NCBI RefSeq assembly: GCF_000012285.1
Contig: NC_007181.1
Location: 600,001 to 632,000 of the forward strand
Direction of reading: 5' to 3'
From: Sulfolobus acidocaldarius DSM 639
GTDB taxonomy: Archaea; Thermoproteota; Thermoprotei_A; Sulfolobales; Sulfolobaceae
Length of the DNA: 32,000 bases
Of the stretch, positions 30,109-32,000 are shown piece after piece. The notes beneath the pieces were generated by a model. That model was not told the origin of the DNA, ran no database searches, and saw only the letters and a program-made list of their open reading frames with translations. A program made the position numbers and the translations under genes. The first letter of the stretch is position 1. Each line of letters opens with the position of its first letter.

Positions 30109-31905
30109 CTATGTCTCTGTTATGTCCTCAACTTTCTTTTTCAGTCTACTCTGATACATCTCTAATATCTCATTTGGTGTTGTGGCTTCTTCAACGCTTT
30201 TGTCATCCCTCCATCTTATGAAGCGTGGAAATCTTATGGATAAACCAGCTTCTTCTGAGACAACACCCTTGCAACAAGTATGTAATGGAGATAAGGTTAT
30301 TTCAGCACCAATGATTTCAGCTACATATTTCGGTTTTACCCATATATCTGGTTGTATTTCAGATTCCACTCTAGGATCTTTTTTATCTAATTTAGCTTCA
30401 GATAACATCTTTTGTACTTCCTCTAATTCAGCATCACTGAAGCCTGATGCCACTTTACACACAGTATAGAAAGTATCTTTATCAGGATCATATGCTGCCA
30501 TTAATAAGGAACTGAGTTTACCTCCCCTTTTACCCCTGCCATAGAAAGCTCCCACAATAACCAGATCAACGCTATCAGCCATTTCGCTTTGATAGTCTTT
30601 CTTTAATTTTATCCACAAAAATCCCCTAGCTCCTGCTTGATATATTGAGTCTTTACCTATAGATTTTACTATAACACCTTCTGTGCCATCACTAATTGCC
30701 TGATGGAAATACTCTACCAACTCATTAACTTTATCAATATATTTGTGATCTGCAACCTTAACTATATCGTTCTGTGTCACAATTTCCTCTAATTTTTCTC
30801 TTCTGTCTGGTAAGGGTTTTTGTGTATAATCTTCACCGTCATTATACATGAGATCAAATAGATATACATTGACCGGGTACTCCTTTATAGCCTCGCCTAT
30901 ATCATTCTTTCTTTTCCTATGCATTAGGTTCTGGAAGGGAAGGATCTCTCCGCTTTCTTTATCTATCGCAACTATTTCTCCTTCAAGAATAACTTCATTA
31001 CTTTTGATAGAGTTTTTTATGTACTCAACAACGTCTGGGTACTGTCTGGTTATATTCTCTAGTCGTCTAGAGAAGATATAAACTTTCTCACCTTTTTTGT
31101 GGATTTGAGCTCTCTCTCCATCATACTTATAGTCTACTATTCCTTTACCGCCAACTTTGGCTAATATTTCTGATGGGTCTGTCAATCTTTCAGCAAGCAT
31201 TGGTCTAATCGGTATCCCAACCTCTGGTTTAATCGACTTTATAGTCTCTATGCCATTTTCTGCTAAAAGTTTAGCTATATTTCCGAGATCAGCTCTCAAA
31301 TTATATGCACGTTCTATCAACGGCCGTGCAGCAGTTCCACCACCAAATACATTTGCTAACGCGTCCATGATTGTGGCATCACCTATGCCAACTCTCAATC
31401 TACCATCAATGAATCTAATTATGTATTTAGCCTCCAATGGATCAGCTTTTTTGAGGAGCCCTGCTAGGGAACGTATTTTCATATCTCTGCTTCCTTCTCC
31501 CTCAGACAATGCTATCTTACTCAGTGATTCATAAACCTCTTCTACAGTTAGCTTAGTTACCTTAGTGGAACCTAAATACGATAGGACATTTTGTGATGAA
31601 TTAGTTCTCTTAAGTTTGTAAGCTACCTCTCCTAGGTCACCCAGAATTCGTAATTGCTTTTCAATTTCATCTTCTTTTATGTTAGTTGAAACTGAGAGTG
31701 CTTTAATCATAAGTTTTTCTCCAAGACCGATTTCAGGCTTCTCAAAGAAGTCCGGCCACAATTTACCTTGAGTAATATATATAACTTTATCTATTACATC
31801 CTTATCTGATTTCTTTAACAAATCCGTTAAGAGAGCTGTGAGCTGAATTCTTGATGAAATTTTTTCCAATCTGTCAAAATATTCAGCAATTAATTTAAAC
31901 TCCAC
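30109..31905 (-). CDS. lig: ATP-dependent DNA ligase (Lig1-type replicative ligase)
   Basis: 598-aa ORF with the adenylation motif [11 protein letters not shown], motif III FLFDLMY-like (VYLFDLMY), motif IV EGVIVK, motif [16 protein letters not shown] and motif [16 protein letters not shown] start at 31905. Confidence 0.93.
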   Translation of the reverse strand: MEFKLIAEYFDRLEKISSRIQLTALLTDLLKKSDKDVIDKVIYITQGKLWPDFFEKPEIGLGEKLMIKALSVSTNIKEDEIEKQLRILGDLGEVAYKLKRTNSSQNVLSYLGSTKVTKLTVEEVYESLSKIALSEGEGSRDMKIRSLAGLLKKADPLEAKYIIRFIDGRLRVGIGDATIMDALANVFGGGTAARPLIERAYNLRADLGNIAKLLAENGIETIKSIKPEVGIPIRPMLAERLTDPSEILAKVGGKGIVDYKYDGERAQIHKKGEKVYIFSRRLENITRQYPDVVEYIKNSIKSNEVILEGEIVAIDKESGEILPFQNLMHRKRKNDIGEAIKEYPVNVYLFDLMYNDGEDYTQKPLPDRREKLEEIVTQNDIVKVADHKYIDKVNELVEYFHQAISDGTEGVIVKSIGKDSIYQAGARGFLWIKLKKDYQSEMADSVDLVIVGAFYGRGKRGGKLSSLLMAAYDPDKDTFYTVCKVASGFSDAELEEVQKMLSEAKLDKKDPRVESEIQPDIWVKPKYVAEIIGAEITLSPLHTCCKGVVSEEAGLSIRFPRFIRWRDDKSVEEATTPNEILEMYQSRLKKKVEDITET

Positions 31906-31925
31906 ATAAATTATTTACCCTGAAC

Positions 31926-31936
31926 ATAAATAAAAA
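31926..31936 (-). promoter_or_regulatory. Candidate TATA element (TTTTTATTTAT on the minus strand) for lig
   Basis: Centred about 26 nt upstream of the GTG start at 31905, implying a leaderless lig mRNA. Confidence 0.35.
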
Positions 31937-31982
31937 TGATGACATAAAATAGCTGATCAGTGAAGACTCAGAGTTACTCTGA
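31936..31982 (+). ncRNA. Candidate C/D-box sRNA (2'-O-methylation guide)
   Basis: Complete box series in the correct order and spacing: C ATGATGA (31936-31942), 10-nt spacer CATAAAATAG, D' CTGA (31953-31956), 3-nt loop TCA, C' GTGAAGA (31960-31966), 12-nt spacer CTCAGAGTTACT, D CTGA (31979-31982). A T-run follows at 31989-31994. The core of about 47 nt is typical of archaeal sRNAs. Confidence 0.55.
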
Positions 31983-32000
31983 TATACTTGTTTTGCGTAA

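Overview
AT-rich (about 33-35% GC) chromosomal segment whose gene content, order and RNA features match the core genome of a Sulfolobales (Crenarchaeota) archaeon. Left to right: (1) the complete LysW-carrier lysine/arginine biosynthesis cluster lysY-lysZ-lysM / lysW-lysX-lysJ-lysK; the 56-aa lysW is absent from the ORF track. (2) uppS, ribosomal protein S8e and SRP19. (3) Two intron-containing tRNA-Lys genes (CTT and TTT) in inverted orientation, bracketing an epimerase and a small membrane protein. (4) A divergent TPP-family enzyme. (5) A third intron-containing tRNA, probably Cys. (6) L40e, aspS, truD, pth2, a Zn-ribbon protein, aEF-1beta, Cdc48/VCP, a small wHTH-like ORF and FEN-1. (7) A contiguous tetrapyrrole operon (precorrin-2 dehydrogenase, hemA, hemB, hemL, hemC, hemD) extended by an 88-aa ORF and an alkaline-phosphatase-superfamily protein. 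(8) A two-gene flavoprotein oxidoreductase unit in which both genes are interrupted. (9) An MBL/beta-CASP-like hydrolase directly downstream of the ATP-dependent DNA ligase. I see no CRISPR array, transposase, integrase or recognisable defence system; this is mostly housekeeping DNA. The most interesting observations are local: a sharply bounded 77-codon stretch inside cdc48 with almost no T-ending codons; a FEN-1 N-terminus with no canonical start codon (SD-positioned ATA); the inverted tRNA-Lys pair with identical promoters and exons but unrelated introns; a well-formed C/D-box sRNA candidate at the right edge; and an in-frame TAA plus a -1 frame break (with an A_AAG_GGG heptamer abutting the stop) in adjacent oxidoreductase genes. 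All functional calls come from by-eye motif recognition. No database search was run.
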